Source: Steroidobacteraceae bacterium
Lineage (GTDB): Bacteria > Pseudomonadota > Gammaproteobacteria > Steroidobacterales > Steroidobacteraceae
DNA length: 64,000 nt
NCBI GenBank assembly: GCA_035487155.1
Contig: DATHMK010000015.1
Coordinates: forward strand, 67,840-131,839
Reading direction: 5' to 3'
Part shown: in pieces, positions 10,239-20,590 of the stretch
How positions within the stretch are numbered: the stretch's first letter is position 1
How the letters are laid out: each line of letters begins with the position of its first letter
Made by a program: the position numbers and the translations under genes
The notes under the pieces: model-generated
The model's input: only the letters and a program-made list of their open reading frames with translations
Databases searched by the model: none
Told to the model about the DNA's origin: nothing

Positions 10239-10874
10239 TCAGCGCCAGCTGGCCGCGGCGCCGGCGCGGGTCAGTGCCGCAGTCTGGGTGGCAATCTGGC
10301 TGCGCTCCTGCACCCATTGCTCAAGATCCGTCAGGACGCTGGCATCCACCGCGGAAGCGCCGCGCTGAGTCTTCAGCCAGCTCCTCATGGACTCGAGCAA
10401 GGTGGCGGCAATGGTGCGATTGGTGGCGAACAGATCCAGGTAGGCCTGCTTGGCCTCCTGGATGCGGTTCATGCGCAGATAGGCCTCGCCGCGGTACTCC
10501 AGCGCTTCTGGATAACCGGGCTTCAGCTCCAGCGCCCTGGCGTACGAGGCCAGGGCATCATCGTAGGCGCCGAGTCTGCGCTGGGTGTAGCCCAGGGCAT
10601 TCCAGGCTTCGGCGATCTGCGGCGAGCGGGCGACCAGTGACTGCAGCTTGGTGCGCGCACTGGCATAGGCCTCGCGGGCATCGGCCCGCCCTTGCAGGTC
10701 ATCCCCCTGCTTCATCAGTTTGAGCGCGTCGGTGTAGAGCGCGCTGTCCTGCGCCGAGGGGGCGGCCTTGGGCGCGGAGCTGTCATCCTCCAGCGAGGGG
10801 CTGGGAATTGCCCAGACCAGCGGGGCCGCCAGCAGCAGCGCGGCGCTGAACGTCACAAGAGCTCGGGTGCGCAT
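10239..10874 (-). CDS. Secreted tetratricopeptide-repeat protein
   Basis: Signal peptide MRTRALVTFSAALLLAAPLVWA, then TPR-like repeats (AWNALGYTQRRLGAYDDALASYARALELKPGYPEALEYRGEAYLRM). Confidence 0.68.
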   Translation of the reverse strand: MRTRALVTFSAALLLAAPLVWAIPSPSLEDDSSAPKAAPSAQDSALYTDALKLMKQGDDLQGRADAREAYASARTKLQSLVARSPQIAEAWNALGYTQRRLGAYDDALASYARALELKPGYPEALEYRGEAYLRMNRIQEAKQAYLDLFATNRTIAATLLESMRSWLKTQRGASAVDASVLTDLEQWVQERSQIATQTAALTRAGAAASWR

Positions 10875-10897
10875 GAAAATGTCTCCGTTTGCTGGGC

Positions 10898-11689
10898 CTA
10901 CCAGGCGTTGCGCAGCTCGCGCAGTTTCAGGAACACGGCTTTGGGATCGGGGTGTTCGCCAAGATCCGGGAAACGCTCGCTGAGCCCTTTGATGATGCGC
11001 GGATTGTGCAATCTGAAGAAGGTGTTGATGCGCTTCTCCTGCCCCAGTGTGGTCACCGGCAGTGCTTCGGGCGCCGTGCCCTGCGCCACTGCCAGCAACT
11101 GCGCGGCTTCCTGGTTGTCCGGCTCGCGGTCCAGGGTGAATTCCAGGTTGCGGGCCAGGTATTCATGGCCCGGATACAGGCGGGTGGAGTCCGGCAGCCG
11201 CGCCAGTTGCGTGACAAAAGTGTCGTAGAGCAGTTCGGGCCGGCCGGTGCTGTGGCAGTTGCCGGCGCCGGCATTGAACAGAGTGTCCCCGGAGAACAGC
11301 GCGGGCGCTTCGCCATGGGCGAAGAGACAGATGTGCGAGAGCGTATGGCCCGGGGTATCCAGGCATTCAAGTTCGACGGTGCGTCCGACACGGATCACAT
11401 CACCGCGCTGCAGGCCCTGATCCACGCCGCCGATACGGCTGGCCGCCTGCGCATGCGCCAGGACCCTGGCATGGGTGGCCGCCACCAAAGCGGCGTTGCC
11501 GCCGGTGTGGTCGGGATGTTCGTGGGTGTTCAGGATCTGGGTGATGGTCCAGCCCTGCTCGCGCGCCGCCGCCAGGCACAGCCCCCACTCCAGAGGATCG
11601 ATCGCCAGCGCCTCGCCGGTTTGCGGGCAGGCGATGAGGAAGTGGAAGTTCCGCAAATCGTTGCCGGACCAGATGCGTTTGATGATCAT
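10898..11689 (-). CDS. gloB: MBL-fold hydrolase, hydroxyacylglutathione hydrolase-like
   Basis: HxHxDH motif THEHPDHTGG, plus TPGHTLSHI and the length and layout of glyoxalase II. Confidence 0.75.
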   Translation of the reverse strand: MIIKRIWSGNDLRNFHFLIACPQTGEALAIDPLEWGLCLAAAREQGWTITQILNTHEHPDHTGGNAALVAATHARVLAHAQAASRIGGVDQGLQRGDVIRVGRTVELECLDTPGHTLSHICLFAHGEAPALFSGDTLFNAGAGNCHSTGRPELLYDTFVTQLARLPDSTRLYPGHEYLARNLEFTLDREPDNQEAAQLLAVAQGTAPEALPVTTLGQEKRINTFFRLHNPRIIKGLSERFPDLGEHPDPKAVFLKLRELRNAW

Positions 11690-11702
11690 GACGCGGCCGC
11701 TC

Positions 11703-12611
11703 TCACAGCAGGTGCTGGGTCGTGGGCAGGTAGTGATCCACGAGCAGCGCCGCGAACATCCACATCAGGTAGTTGACCGAGAAGCGGAACACCCGCATCG
11801 GCAGCTCCTGGCGGGTGGAAATCTTCAGCACCAGGGCGTGGTAGAGAAACAGTCCATCCAGCACCAGCGCCGCAGCCAGGTAGATCAGACCGCTCATCCG
11901 GGTCATGAAGGGCAGCAGCGTCACCAGCACCAGCAGCACCGTGTACAGCAGCACCTGCAGGCGCGTGTGGGCCACGCCGTGCGTGACCGGCAGCATGGGG
12001 ATTCCGGCGCGCGCATATTCATCGCGGCGCGCGATGGCCAGCGCCCAGAAGTGCGGCGGCGTCCAGGCGAAGATGATCAGGAACAGCAGCAGCGCATCGG
12101 CATCCACATGACCGGTCACCGCCGTCCAGCCCAGCACCGGTGGTGCGGCACCCGCAGCACCGCCGATCACGATGTTCTGCGAGGTTGCCCGCTTCAACCA
12201 CGCCGTATAGATGATGGCGTAGCCGATCAGCGAGGCAAATGTCAGCGCCGCGGTCAGCAGGTTGACCAGCAGCCCCAGCACCGCCATGGAAGCAAAGCCG
12301 AGTATGGCGGCAAAGGTCAGGGCCTGGCGCTCGGTTAAGCCCCCGGTGGGCAGCGGCCGGCCACGCGTGCGCGACATCTGCGCGTCGATGCGCCGGTCGA
12401 GCACATGGTTGATGGCGGCGGCGCTCGCCGAGGCCAGCGCAATTCCGAGATTTCCCCACAGCAGTGCATGCACCGGCGGCAACCCGGGCGTCGACAGCAA
12501 GGTGCCGACGATGGCGGTGAACACGATCAGCGCGACCACCCGTGGCTTGGTCAGCGCCAGGTACAGCCGCCAGTGCGCCTGGGGCAGTACATATCCGGAT
12601 TGCAGTGCCAT
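11703..12611 (-). CDS. ctaB: Protohaem IX farnesyltransferase (haem O synthase)
   Basis: UbiA-family polytopic protein with [20 protein letters not shown], located in the cox cluster. Confidence 0.9.
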   Translation of the reverse strand: MALQSGYVLPQAHWRLYLALTKPRVVALIVFTAIVGTLLSTPGLPPVHALLWGNLGIALASASAAAINHVLDRRIDAQMSRTRGRPLPTGGLTERQALTFAAILGFASMAVLGLLVNLLTAALTFASLIGYAIIYTAWLKRATSQNIVIGGAAGAAPPVLGWTAVTGHVDADALLLFLIIFAWTPPHFWALAIARRDEYARAGIPMLPVTHGVAHTRLQVLLYTVLLVLVTLLPFMTRMSGLIYLAAALVLDGLFLYHALVLKISTRQELPMRVFRFSVNYLMWMFAALLVDHYLPTTQHLL

Positions 12612-12623
12612 GGCGTGGTTCCG

Positions 12624-13667
12624 TCAGGCGCGCTGGCCCGCCGCCAGCAGCCGATGGTTGAGTGCCAGGGTTGCCAGCAGCAGCAGTGCGGCACCGCCGT
12701 TGTGGGCGGTGGCGAGCCACAGCGGGAATCCCTTCAGCACCATGCTGATGCCGATCGTCAGCTGCAGCAGCAGCGCGGCTAGCACCGCGATGGCCGCCGG
12801 GCGGGCGCGCGCCAGGGCCGTTTCGCGCAGTGTCCACCCGGCCGCGAGCAGCAGCGCCAGGGTTGCGACCAGCGCGCCCAAGCGGTGCGTGAAATGAATC
12901 GCGATGCGCGCGGGATTGCCGAGAACGCCGCCCTCGTAGTTCACGGTCGGCGCATGCCACAGCACGAAGGCACTGCCGAAGTCCATGTGCGGCCACCATG
13001 AGGCCTGGCAGGTTGGAAAATCAGGGCAGGCGATGGCCGCGTAGTTGGTGCTGGTCCAGCCACCCAGTGCGATCTGCAGGCCCAGGGCAACCAGGCCGAG
13101 GAGCGCCAGTCGGCCGCTGAGCCGATGCGAGGGTGCCCAGCGCACCCCTGGACTGCGTCCCAATTCCGGCACCGCCGTGCGCGGCACGCGCGCATCGAGG
13201 TTGAGCCACAACCACCACAGCAGACCCAGGGTGGTCATGCCGAACAGCAGATGCAGGGTCACGATCTGCGGGGCGACCTGCCAGGTCACCGTCAGCATCC
13301 CCAGCAGCGCCTGGATGAAGATGGTCGCGACCACCGCCAGCACAAACGCCAGGCTGGCTCCGCCGCTGTTGCGGGCATGGCGCCGCATGAATGCCAGCAC
13401 CGCCAGAACCAGGGTCAGTACCACCAGCGAGCCGGCGAGGTAGCGGTGGATCATTTCCCGCCAGGCCTTGCCCACATCGGCCGCGGCGGCGGTGGGCGTT
13501 GCATGGCCGTAACAGCCCGGCCAGTCCGGACACCCCAGGCCCGCCGTCGTCAAACGCACATAAGCCCCCAGCACCACCACGCCAAAGGCGAGCAGCACGG
13601 CGACCAGGGCGACCCGGCGCATCAGGGTGAGAAGTAGTGGGGATTCGCGAAGCATGGGATCAGCCAA
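12624..13667 (-). CDS. ctaA: Haem A synthase (COX15/CtaA)
   Basis: Eight-TM protein. N-terminal LGAYVRLTTAGLGCPDWPGCYG is typical of COX15. Adjacent to ctaB. Confidence 0.85.
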   Translation of the reverse strand: MADPMLRESPLLLTLMRRVALVAVLLAFGVVVLGAYVRLTTAGLGCPDWPGCYGHATPTAAAADVGKAWREMIHRYLAGSLVVLTLVLAVLAFMRRHARNSGGASLAFVLAVVATIFIQALLGMLTVTWQVAPQIVTLHLLFGMTTLGLLWWLWLNLDARVPRTAVPELGRSPGVRWAPSHRLSGRLALLGLVALGLQIALGGWTSTNYAAIACPDFPTCQASWWPHMDFGSAFVLWHAPTVNYEGGVLGNPARIAIHFTHRLGALVATLALLLAAGWTLRETALARARPAAIAVLAALLLQLTIGISMVLKGFPLWLATAHNGGAALLLLATLALNHRLLAAGQRA

Positions 13668-14259
13668 TCTGGGACAGCTGCAGCAGCCGCTTCAGATCCT
13701 CGAGCAGGCCCCTGGGCGGCTGTCGAGCATCGTAGCGCATCATGAGGTTTCCCAAGGGATCCACGATGTACAGCCCCTGCGCACGTCCCTGCGGCTCGAA
13801 CAGCGCCAGCAGCGGCTGTGCAGCAGGCGCTGATGCGTCAAATACCCGCAGGCCCGGATGCTCGGCCGCCAGGTACGCGCGGTCACAGCACTGCCCCGTG
13901 CTCAGGAACACCCTTTGCACCCGCGTCATCTCATTGTTGAGCGACAGGCGCGTCTGGCGCATGAAGAACAGAGTGGTGCGACAGTTGTCATCGCAGGCCC
14001 CGTCGCCCACATACACCAGGCTCCACTTGCCGGAAAAAATGTGCTGCGCCGGCACTGCGTCCTCACCCGCCAGGGTGATGTCGGGCAGCGGCCGCGGCGG
14101 CACGATCAGTTCCCCGTGATTGGCCGTGCCCTGGGGGCGCCAGTGCAGGCCGTAGTACAGCCAGAATGACAATAGCAGCGGCAGCAGAAACAGCCCGCCC
14201 AGGGCGAATACGGTACGGAAGTTGCGGCGGTGCAGTTCGGGGTCGATGACGCTGCTCAT
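13660..14259 (-). CDS. Membrane-anchored CxxxC thioredoxin-fold protein (SCO1/SenC-like), cox-cluster associated
   Basis: Starts at the internal ATG (MSSVIDPELHRR..., ATGA overlap with the SURF1 stop). One TM segment. CDDNC motif in GKWSLVYVGDGACDDNC. The family assignment is tentative. Confidence 0.5.
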   Translation of the reverse strand: MSSVIDPELHRRNFRTVFALGGLFLLPLLLSFWLYYGLHWRPQGTANHGELIVPPRPLPDITLAGEDAVPAQHIFSGKWSLVYVGDGACDDNCRTTLFFMRQTRLSLNNEMTRVQRVFLSTGQCCDRAYLAAEHPGLRVFDASAPAAQPLLALFEPQGRAQGLYIVDPLGNLMMRYDARQPPRGLLEDLKRLLQLSQIG

Positions 14260-15002
14260 GAACCTTTTGGCTCCTGCCGCGGGGCGCTCATGATCCCCCA
14301 GATGATCACCAGCGTCACGGCGAATCCCCACCATTGAATGGCATAGGCCCAATGACGCAGGGGTGACAGGCCGGGCGGCTGCCACTGCCTGAGGAAACCA
14401 TCGGCAGTGGTCGGATCCAGCAGCAGCATCCACGGTTCCACCGGATGTTTCAGCGCCGCCGCCAGTTCCGCGAACGTTGGGAAACTGGTGACCTTGGGCC
14501 AGCTCGCATCCGCCGCGGGCGCCGCATGGCCCAGTGCCAGACCGCCGGCCGGCAGGTTGTCCAGGCGCCCGGTCAGCGCCACCTGTCCCGGATCACGCAG
14601 CGTGATGTCCGGCAGATGCGCCCGCGAGCCGGTGAAGGGCACCCAGCCGCGGTCCACCAGCAGCAACCGGTCGCCGGGCAGGCGCAGTGGCGTCAGGACT
14701 TCATAGCCCGGCAGGCCCTGATGCGAGCGGTTGTCGAGCAGGAACTGGCGGGCGGCGTCCCACTGACCCGCCACGCTGATGCGTGTGAAACGGGGCAGGG
14801 ATTTGAGCGGCTGGGCCCCGGGTGCGATGGGCGAATCCGCGCCGCGGGCGAACGCATCCCACTCGGCCTGGCGATACACACCCTTGTGCCACTGCCATTC
14901 GCCCAGCCTCACGAACAGCACGCACAGCCCGATGCTCAGCAGCGTCATCCACCACGAGGGTGCGAAGCGGCGTCTATAATGCGGCGATGGCGCAGACGGC
15001 AT
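14256..15002 (-). CDS. SURF1 family cytochrome oxidase assembly protein
   Basis: 248 aa with N- and C-terminal TM helices. Motifs VRLGEWQWHK and LLVDRGWVP are typical of SURF1/Shy1. Confidence 0.8.
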   Translation of the reverse strand: MPSAPSPHYRRRFAPSWWMTLLSIGLCVLFVRLGEWQWHKGVYRQAEWDAFARGADSPIAPGAQPLKSLPRFTRISVAGQWDAARQFLLDNRSHQGLPGYEVLTPLRLPGDRLLLVDRGWVPFTGSRAHLPDITLRDPGQVALTGRLDNLPAGGLALGHAAPAADASWPKVTSFPTFAELAAALKHPVEPWMLLLDPTTADGFLRQWQPPGLSPLRHWAYAIQWWGFAVTLVIIWGIMSAPRQEPKGS

Positions 15003-15199
15003 TCAAGGTCCTGGTTGTCCTGATCTTCGTGGCAATCGTCGCGAGCCTGGGGTCGGCGCTGTTCCACCTGTCCCGCAGCGGTGGTGATTCGCGCAAGATG
15101 TTCCGCGCGCTGGCGCTGCGCGTAGGGCTGTCCGTGGGCCTGTTCATCCTGCTGATGGTGGCCTGGGCACTGGGGCTGATCTCGCCCCACGGCCTATGA
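14987..15199 (+). CDS. Twin transmembrane-helix small protein (DUF2909-like)
   Basis: 70 aa from the internal ATG: MAQTAFKVLVVLIFVAIVASLGSALFHL...GLFILLMVAWALGL. Sits on the opposite strand between SURF1 and coxC, as seen in other proteobacterial cox clusters. Confidence 0.6.
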   Translation: MAQTAFKVLVVLIFVAIVASLGSALFHLSRSGGDSRKMFRALALRVGLSVGLFILLMVAWALGLISPHGL

Positions 15200-15210
15200 G
15201 GGGAAACCGG

Positions 15211-16104
15211 CTACAGCCAGTACACGAACACGAACAGGCCCAGCCAGACCACGTCGACGAAGTGCCAGTACCAGGCCACGGCCTCGAAGGCGAAGTGCTT
15301 CTCCGGCGTGAAGTGACCGCGCAGTACCCGCAGCCACACCACCGTCAGCATGATGGCACCGATGGTGACGTGCAGGCCGTGGAAGCCGGTGAGCATGAAG
15401 AAGGTCGAGCCGTAGATACCGGTGCTCAGTTTCAGGCCCAACTCGCGGTAAGCCTCACCGTACTCGTGCGCCTGCATCGTGACGAAGCTGAATCCCAGGA
15501 GGAACGTCAGCGCCAGGAACACCTTCAGCACGCCGCGGTGACCCGCACGCAGCGCATGATGCGCGATGGTGACGGTGACGCCGCTGGTGAGCAGGATGAT
15601 GGTATTCAGGGCCGGCACGCCGAACGCCGGCACGGTTTCGAAGGTACCGTCCGCATGACCCCCGACGTGGCCCGGCCCATTGGTCGGCCAGGTGCCGTCG
15701 TAATGGGGCCACAGCAGAATGTTCGTGAAGATGTGGACCGAGCGTCCGCCAAGCCAGGCGGTGGAGAGTACGCGCGCATAGAACAGCGCGCCGAAGAAGG
15801 CGGCGAAGAACATCACTTCGGAGAAGATGAACCACATCATTCCCATGCGAAATGAGCGATCCACCTGGCTGTTGAATATTCCCTGCTGGTCTTCTCCGAT
15901 GACGGAGTAGAACCAGCCGAAGAAGGTGCAGGCGATCAGGGTGAAGCCAGGCACCAGGGAAATGGGTCCGGTCCAGTCATTGAAGTACGAAACGGTGCCC
16001 AGCATGATCGAGAACAGCGACACCGACCCGACGATGGGCCAGAGGCTGTGGTGCGGCACGTAGTAGTGGCTGGTGTCCGGGGCGTGAGCCTGTGACATTG
16101 TCAT
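15211..16104 (-). CDS. coxC: Cytochrome c oxidase subunit III
   Basis: Starts at [23 protein letters not shown], overlapping the ctaG stop. Seven-TM subunit III pattern, ending [20 protein letters not shown]. Confidence 0.9.
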   Translation of the reverse strand: MTMSQAHAPDTSHYYVPHHSLWPIVGSVSLFSIMLGTVSYFNDWTGPISLVPGFTLIACTFFGWFYSVIGEDQQGIFNSQVDRSFRMGMMWFIFSEVMFFAAFFGALFYARVLSTAWLGGRSVHIFTNILLWPHYDGTWPTNGPGHVGGHADGTFETVPAFGVPALNTIILLTSGVTVTIAHHALRAGHRGVLKVFLALTFLLGFSFVTMQAHEYGEAYRELGLKLSTGIYGSTFFMLTGFHGLHVTIGAIMLTVVWLRVLRGHFTPEKHFAFEAVAWYWHFVDVVWLGLFVFVYWL

Positions 16105-16658
16105 TTCTCGGGTTTGATCATGGTCGACGAATCGTAGAACGTGTAGGTCAGCGTCACACGATCGATGTACTTGGGCAGCGCGGGATCCACGAAGAAGCGC
16201 ACCGGCATCACCCGTTCCTGGTTGACGCTGAAATGCTGCGGCGAGAAGCAGAAGCACTCGGTCTTGCGAAACCAGGCGACGGCCTTCGACGGGGAGATAT
16301 CCGGCACCGCCTGGGCCACGGTGTCATGACCCATCAGATTGTGTGCATAGAATTGAGTCAGGTACAGCTGGCCCGGATGCACCTGCATGCTCTTGACCAT
16401 GGGGTGGAATTCCCAGTTGCCCACGGCCGGCACGTCGGTCAGGAAGTCCACGGTGACCAGTCGATTCAGATCCGGGTGCTCGCTCACCGTGGCGGCGCGC
16501 GCCAGCGAGGACTGGTCGCCCTGGCCCGTCACCGCGCACAGCACGTTGTACAGCGGCACCAGCGCGAATCCGAAGCCGAAGCTTCCCAGCGCGAACATCA
16601 GCAGCTTTGCAGTCAGTGACCGGTTGGTCTTGCCCGCCCTGTCGCGCTCCAGGCTCAT
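16101..16658 (-). CDS. ctaG: Cytochrome c oxidase copper-insertion protein CtaG/Cox11
   Basis: N-terminal TM helix and the conserved CFCF copper motif ([10 protein letters not shown]). Confidence 0.87.
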   Translation of the reverse strand: MSLERDRAGKTNRSLTAKLLMFALGSFGFGFALVPLYNVLCAVTGQGDQSSLARAATVSEHPDLNRLVTVDFLTDVPAVGNWEFHPMVKSMQVHPGQLYLTQFYAHNLMGHDTVAQAVPDISPSKAVAWFRKTECFCFSPQHFSVNQERVMPVRFFVDPALPKYIDRVTLTYTFYDSSTMIKPEK

Positions 16659-16795
16659 CGCGAAGCCCGCCAGATCATCATGATGATGAAGCCCACGTAG
16701 AACACCGCGGCGATGATGCCCAGCAGCACTGCGCTGCGTCGCACCTCGCGGCGGCGTTTGCCGGCGTCAGGGGCTGCGGGGACGTCCGTGGTCAT
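16655..16795 (-). CDS. 46-aa single-TM small protein between coxA and ctaG
   Basis: Below the track length cutoff. Reverse-strand ATG at 16795 overlaps the coxA stop by 1 nt, and the stop overlaps the ctaG start. Translation: [46 protein letters not shown]. Confidence 0.5.
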   Translation of the reverse strand: MTTDVPAAPDAGKRRREVRRSAVLLGIIAAVFYVGFIIMMIWRASR

Positions 16796-18408
16796 CAATG
16801 CGCCGCACCGCGCTGGATGATGGCGTCAGAGGGCGGCTCGGTCCAGGAATGGAAAGGCGGCGGCGAAGGCAGCTCCCATTCCAGGCCATGCGCGCCTTCC
16901 CAGGCGCGGTTGCCGATGCGCACGCCACCGCGCACGCACTTCCAGATGATGTACGGGAACAGGAACTGCGACAGACCGAAGGCGAAGCCGCCGATCGAGG
17001 ACACCTGGTTCCAGTCGGTGAACTGCACGGCATAGTCCGGAATGCGCCGCGGCATCCCCGCCAGGCCCAGGAAGTGCTGCGGGAAGAACAGCACGTTCAC
17101 GAAGATGGTCGACAGCCAGAAGTGCCACTTGGCGAGCTTCTGGTCATACATGTTGCCGGTCCATTTCGGCAGCCAGTAGTAGACGGCGCCCATGATGGCG
17201 AAGATGGCACCGGGCACCAGCACGTAGTGGAAATGCGCCACGACGAAATAGGTGTCCTGGTACTGGTAGTCGGCGGGCACGATGGCCAGCATCAGTCCGG
17301 AGAGGCCGCCGATGGTGAACAGGAACAGGAACGAGAGCGCAAACAGCATCGGCGGCTCGAAGCTGAGCGAACCCTTGTACATGGTCGCCGTCCAGTTGAA
17401 GACCTTCACGCCGGTGGGAATGGCGATCAGCATGGTCGAGAGCATGAAGAACAGCTGTCCGGCCAGCGGCATGCCCACGGTGAACATGTGGTGGGCCCAG
17501 ACGATGAACGACAGGAAGGCGATCGAGGCGGTGGCATACACCATGGCGTCATAGCCGAACAGCGGCTTGCGCGAGAAGGTCGGGATGATCTCCGAGACCA
17601 CGCCGAAGGCCGGCAGGATCAGGATGTAAGCCTCGGGATGGCCGAAGAACCAGAAGATATGCTGGAACATGACCGGATCACCACCGCCGGCGGCGGTGAA
17701 GAAAGTGGTGCCGAAGAAATGATCGGTCAGCAGCATGGTCACAGCCCCGGCCAGCACCGGCATCACCGCGATCAGCAGGTACGCGGTGATCAGCCAGGTC
17801 CACACGAACAGCGGCATGCGCAGCAGCGTCATGCCGGGCGCGCGCAGATTCATGATGGTGACCACGACATTGATCGCACCCAGGATGGAGGAGATACCCA
17901 TCATGTGGATGGCGAAGATGGTCATGGGGAAGCTCGCGCCGCCCTGCAGCATCAGCGGCGGATACATGGTCCAGCCACCCGCGGGCGCGCCCCCTGGAAC
18001 GAACAGCGTCGCCAGCAGCAGCGTGAAGGCGAAGGGCAGGATCCAGAAGCTGAAATTGTTCAGACGCGGCAGCGCCATGTCGGGCGCACCCACCTGCATC
18101 GGAATCATCCAGTTCGCAAGGCCGGTCCAGGCCGGCATGACGGCGCCGAAGATCATCTCCAGCGCATGCATGGTGGTCATGCTGTTGAAGAACTGCGGAT
18201 CCAGGAACTGCATGCCCGGCTTGAACAGCTCCAGGCGGATGAGCATGGCCATCGAGCCGCCGATGAAGAAGCTGATGCCCGCGAACACCAGGTACATCGT
18301 GCCGATGTCCTTGTGATTGGTCGCGTACACCCAGCGGCGCCAGCCATGCGGTTTGTGATCATGCGCATCATGGTCGTGCGCGGTGGCTGCCTGATCGTTG
18401 TATGCCAT
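16795..18408 (-). CDS. coxA: Cytochrome c oxidase subunit I (aa3 type)
   Basis: 537 aa. Contains WFFGHPEAYILILPAFG and HHMFTVGM plus twelve-TM architecture. Confidence 0.97.
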   Translation of the reverse strand: MAYNDQAATAHDHDAHDHKPHGWRRWVYATNHKDIGTMYLVFAGISFFIGGSMAMLIRLELFKPGMQFLDPQFFNSMTTMHALEMIFGAVMPAWTGLANWMIPMQVGAPDMALPRLNNFSFWILPFAFTLLLATLFVPGGAPAGGWTMYPPLMLQGGASFPMTIFAIHMMGISSILGAINVVVTIMNLRAPGMTLLRMPLFVWTWLITAYLLIAVMPVLAGAVTMLLTDHFFGTTFFTAAGGGDPVMFQHIFWFFGHPEAYILILPAFGVVSEIIPTFSRKPLFGYDAMVYATASIAFLSFIVWAHHMFTVGMPLAGQLFFMLSTMLIAIPTGVKVFNWTATMYKGSLSFEPPMLFALSFLFLFTIGGLSGLMLAIVPADYQYQDTYFVVAHFHYVLVPGAIFAIMGAVYYWLPKWTGNMYDQKLAKWHFWLSTIFVNVLFFPQHFLGLAGMPRRIPDYAVQFTDWNQVSSIGGFAFGLSQFLFPYIIWKCVRGGVRIGNRAWEGAHGLEWELPSPPPFHSWTEPPSDAIIQRGAAH

Positions 18409-18441
18409 GTTCGTGTCTCTATTGAATAGGTGTGCTGGCGG

Positions 18442-19323
18442 TTACTGGGCCGCCGGAGCCGACGCTGCGGCAGCAGCCGGTGCCGACGCGTCCGCCGCGG
18501 GCGGATGCTCCGCGGCCTGTTCGCCCTTCAGCCAGGCCTGGAAATCTTCCTTGGAGCGCGCATCGACCACGATCGGCATGAAGCCATGGTCACGGCCACA
18601 CAGCTCGGCGCAGTTGCCGCGGTAGAGGCCGGGTTTATCGGCATCGACGTTGAACCAGGCTTCATTCACAAAGCCGGGGATGGCGTCCTTCTTGACGCCG
18701 AAGGCCGGCACCCACCAGGAATGGATCACATCGTTGGCGGTCACCAGCAGACGCACCTTGGTGCCCACCGGCACCACCAGCGGCTTGTCGACGTTGAGCA
18801 GGTAATGCGGAACGGTGGTGACATCCACGCCCGAACCCAGCTGCCGGGCCGCATCGCTGGCCCGATCCAGGCGCGAGAAGTAGTTCACCCCGTTGTTGAG
18901 GTACTCGTAGTTCCAGCCCCACTGAAAGCCGGTCACCCGGATGGTCAGCTGCGAGTTGCGCAGGTCCTCGGTCTTGATCAGCGTGGTGGCGGCGGGAACC
19001 GCGGTTGCCACCAGGATTGCGATCGGCAGGATGGTCCAGATGATCTCCACCGTGGTGCTGTGGACCAGGGTGGTATCGGCGATGGCGCCGCGGGATTTGC
19101 GGAAGGCAAAGATGGAATAGGCCATCACGCCGAAGACCACCACCGCGATCCCGACGCACAGCCAGAACATCAGCATGTGCAGGCCGTAGATCTGGCGCGA
19201 CATCGCGGTCACGCCCTGAGTCATGTTCAGCTGGCTCCAGCCCGAATCGGCATGGGCCACCGGCGCCAGGCTCAGGGCCAGGGCCGCGACGGTGGCTAGC
19301 GGGGAAAGGAATTTACGCATCAT
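18442..19323 (-). CDS. coxB: Cytochrome c oxidase subunit II
   Basis: Signal peptide, two TM helices, and the CuA site VIHSWWVP...CAELCGRDHGFM. Ala/Pro-rich C-terminal tail. Confidence 0.95.
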   Translation of the reverse strand: MMRKFLSPLATVAALALSLAPVAHADSGWSQLNMTQGVTAMSRQIYGLHMLMFWLCVGIAVVVFGVMAYSIFAFRKSRGAIADTTLVHSTTVEIIWTILPIAILVATAVPAATTLIKTEDLRNSQLTIRVTGFQWGWNYEYLNNGVNYFSRLDRASDAARQLGSGVDVTTVPHYLLNVDKPLVVPVGTKVRLLVTANDVIHSWWVPAFGVKKDAIPGFVNEAWFNVDADKPGLYRGNCAELCGRDHGFMPIVVDARSKEDFQAWLKGEQAAEHPPAADASAPAAAAASAPAAQ

Positions 19324-19351
19324 GTTTTATGTATCTCATGGCCTGCAGCCA

Positions 19352-19855
19352 TCAAAAACCTCGGGCCTCACCTGCATACCCTAGCGCCGGCGACTCGTTT
19401 ACGCGGCCGATAAGCCCGTGCAGCTTACCGTAGAGGCCGCGGCGTTCTTCCTCGGTCAGAAAGTCACCGACTGGGCACTGCCGGCCGTGCGATTCGATGA
19501 CCAGTCGGCTCGGATGCAGGCGCAACGCAGAGCGGCGCAGTTTAACCTGTGCCCAGTGCCGCGGAAACACAACCTCACTATGGATCTTGCCAATTCTTGA
19601 CTGTACCGCGACATCTGACTCGGAAATGACGATCGTCTGGTGGTGATGACGGCGCGCCAGGCTCAGGCGCAGGGCCACGCCGAGAAGCAGCATTTCCAGC
19701 CCGGCAAAGGGCAGAACCGGCCAGAATCCCAGATAGGTCAACAGCCCCGCGATGCCAAAACAGGGAAAACACGCGACCAGAAAAAAGATCACCGCGCCAC
19801 GCACGCTGAGCGAGCAGTTCGGAGCAATCACGATTCGGGCCTGCGCTGACTCCAC
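19352..19855 (-). CDS. DUF2244-like integral membrane protein upstream of coxB
   Basis: 167 aa with two adjacent TM helices followed by a soluble domain. Position immediately upstream of coxB is typical for DUF2244. The family call is from memory of this context. Confidence 0.55.
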   Translation of the reverse strand: MESAQARIVIAPNCSLSVRGAVIFFLVACFPCFGIAGLLTYLGFWPVLPFAGLEMLLLGVALRLSLARRHHHQTIVISESDVAVQSRIGKIHSEVVFPRHWAQVKLRRSALRLHPSRLVIESHGRQCPVGDFLTEEERRGLYGKLHGLIGRVNESPALGYAGEARGF

Positions 19856-19885
19856 CGGTTCATGGTACAGACGGAATATATTTAT

Positions 19886-20590
<705 letters not shown>

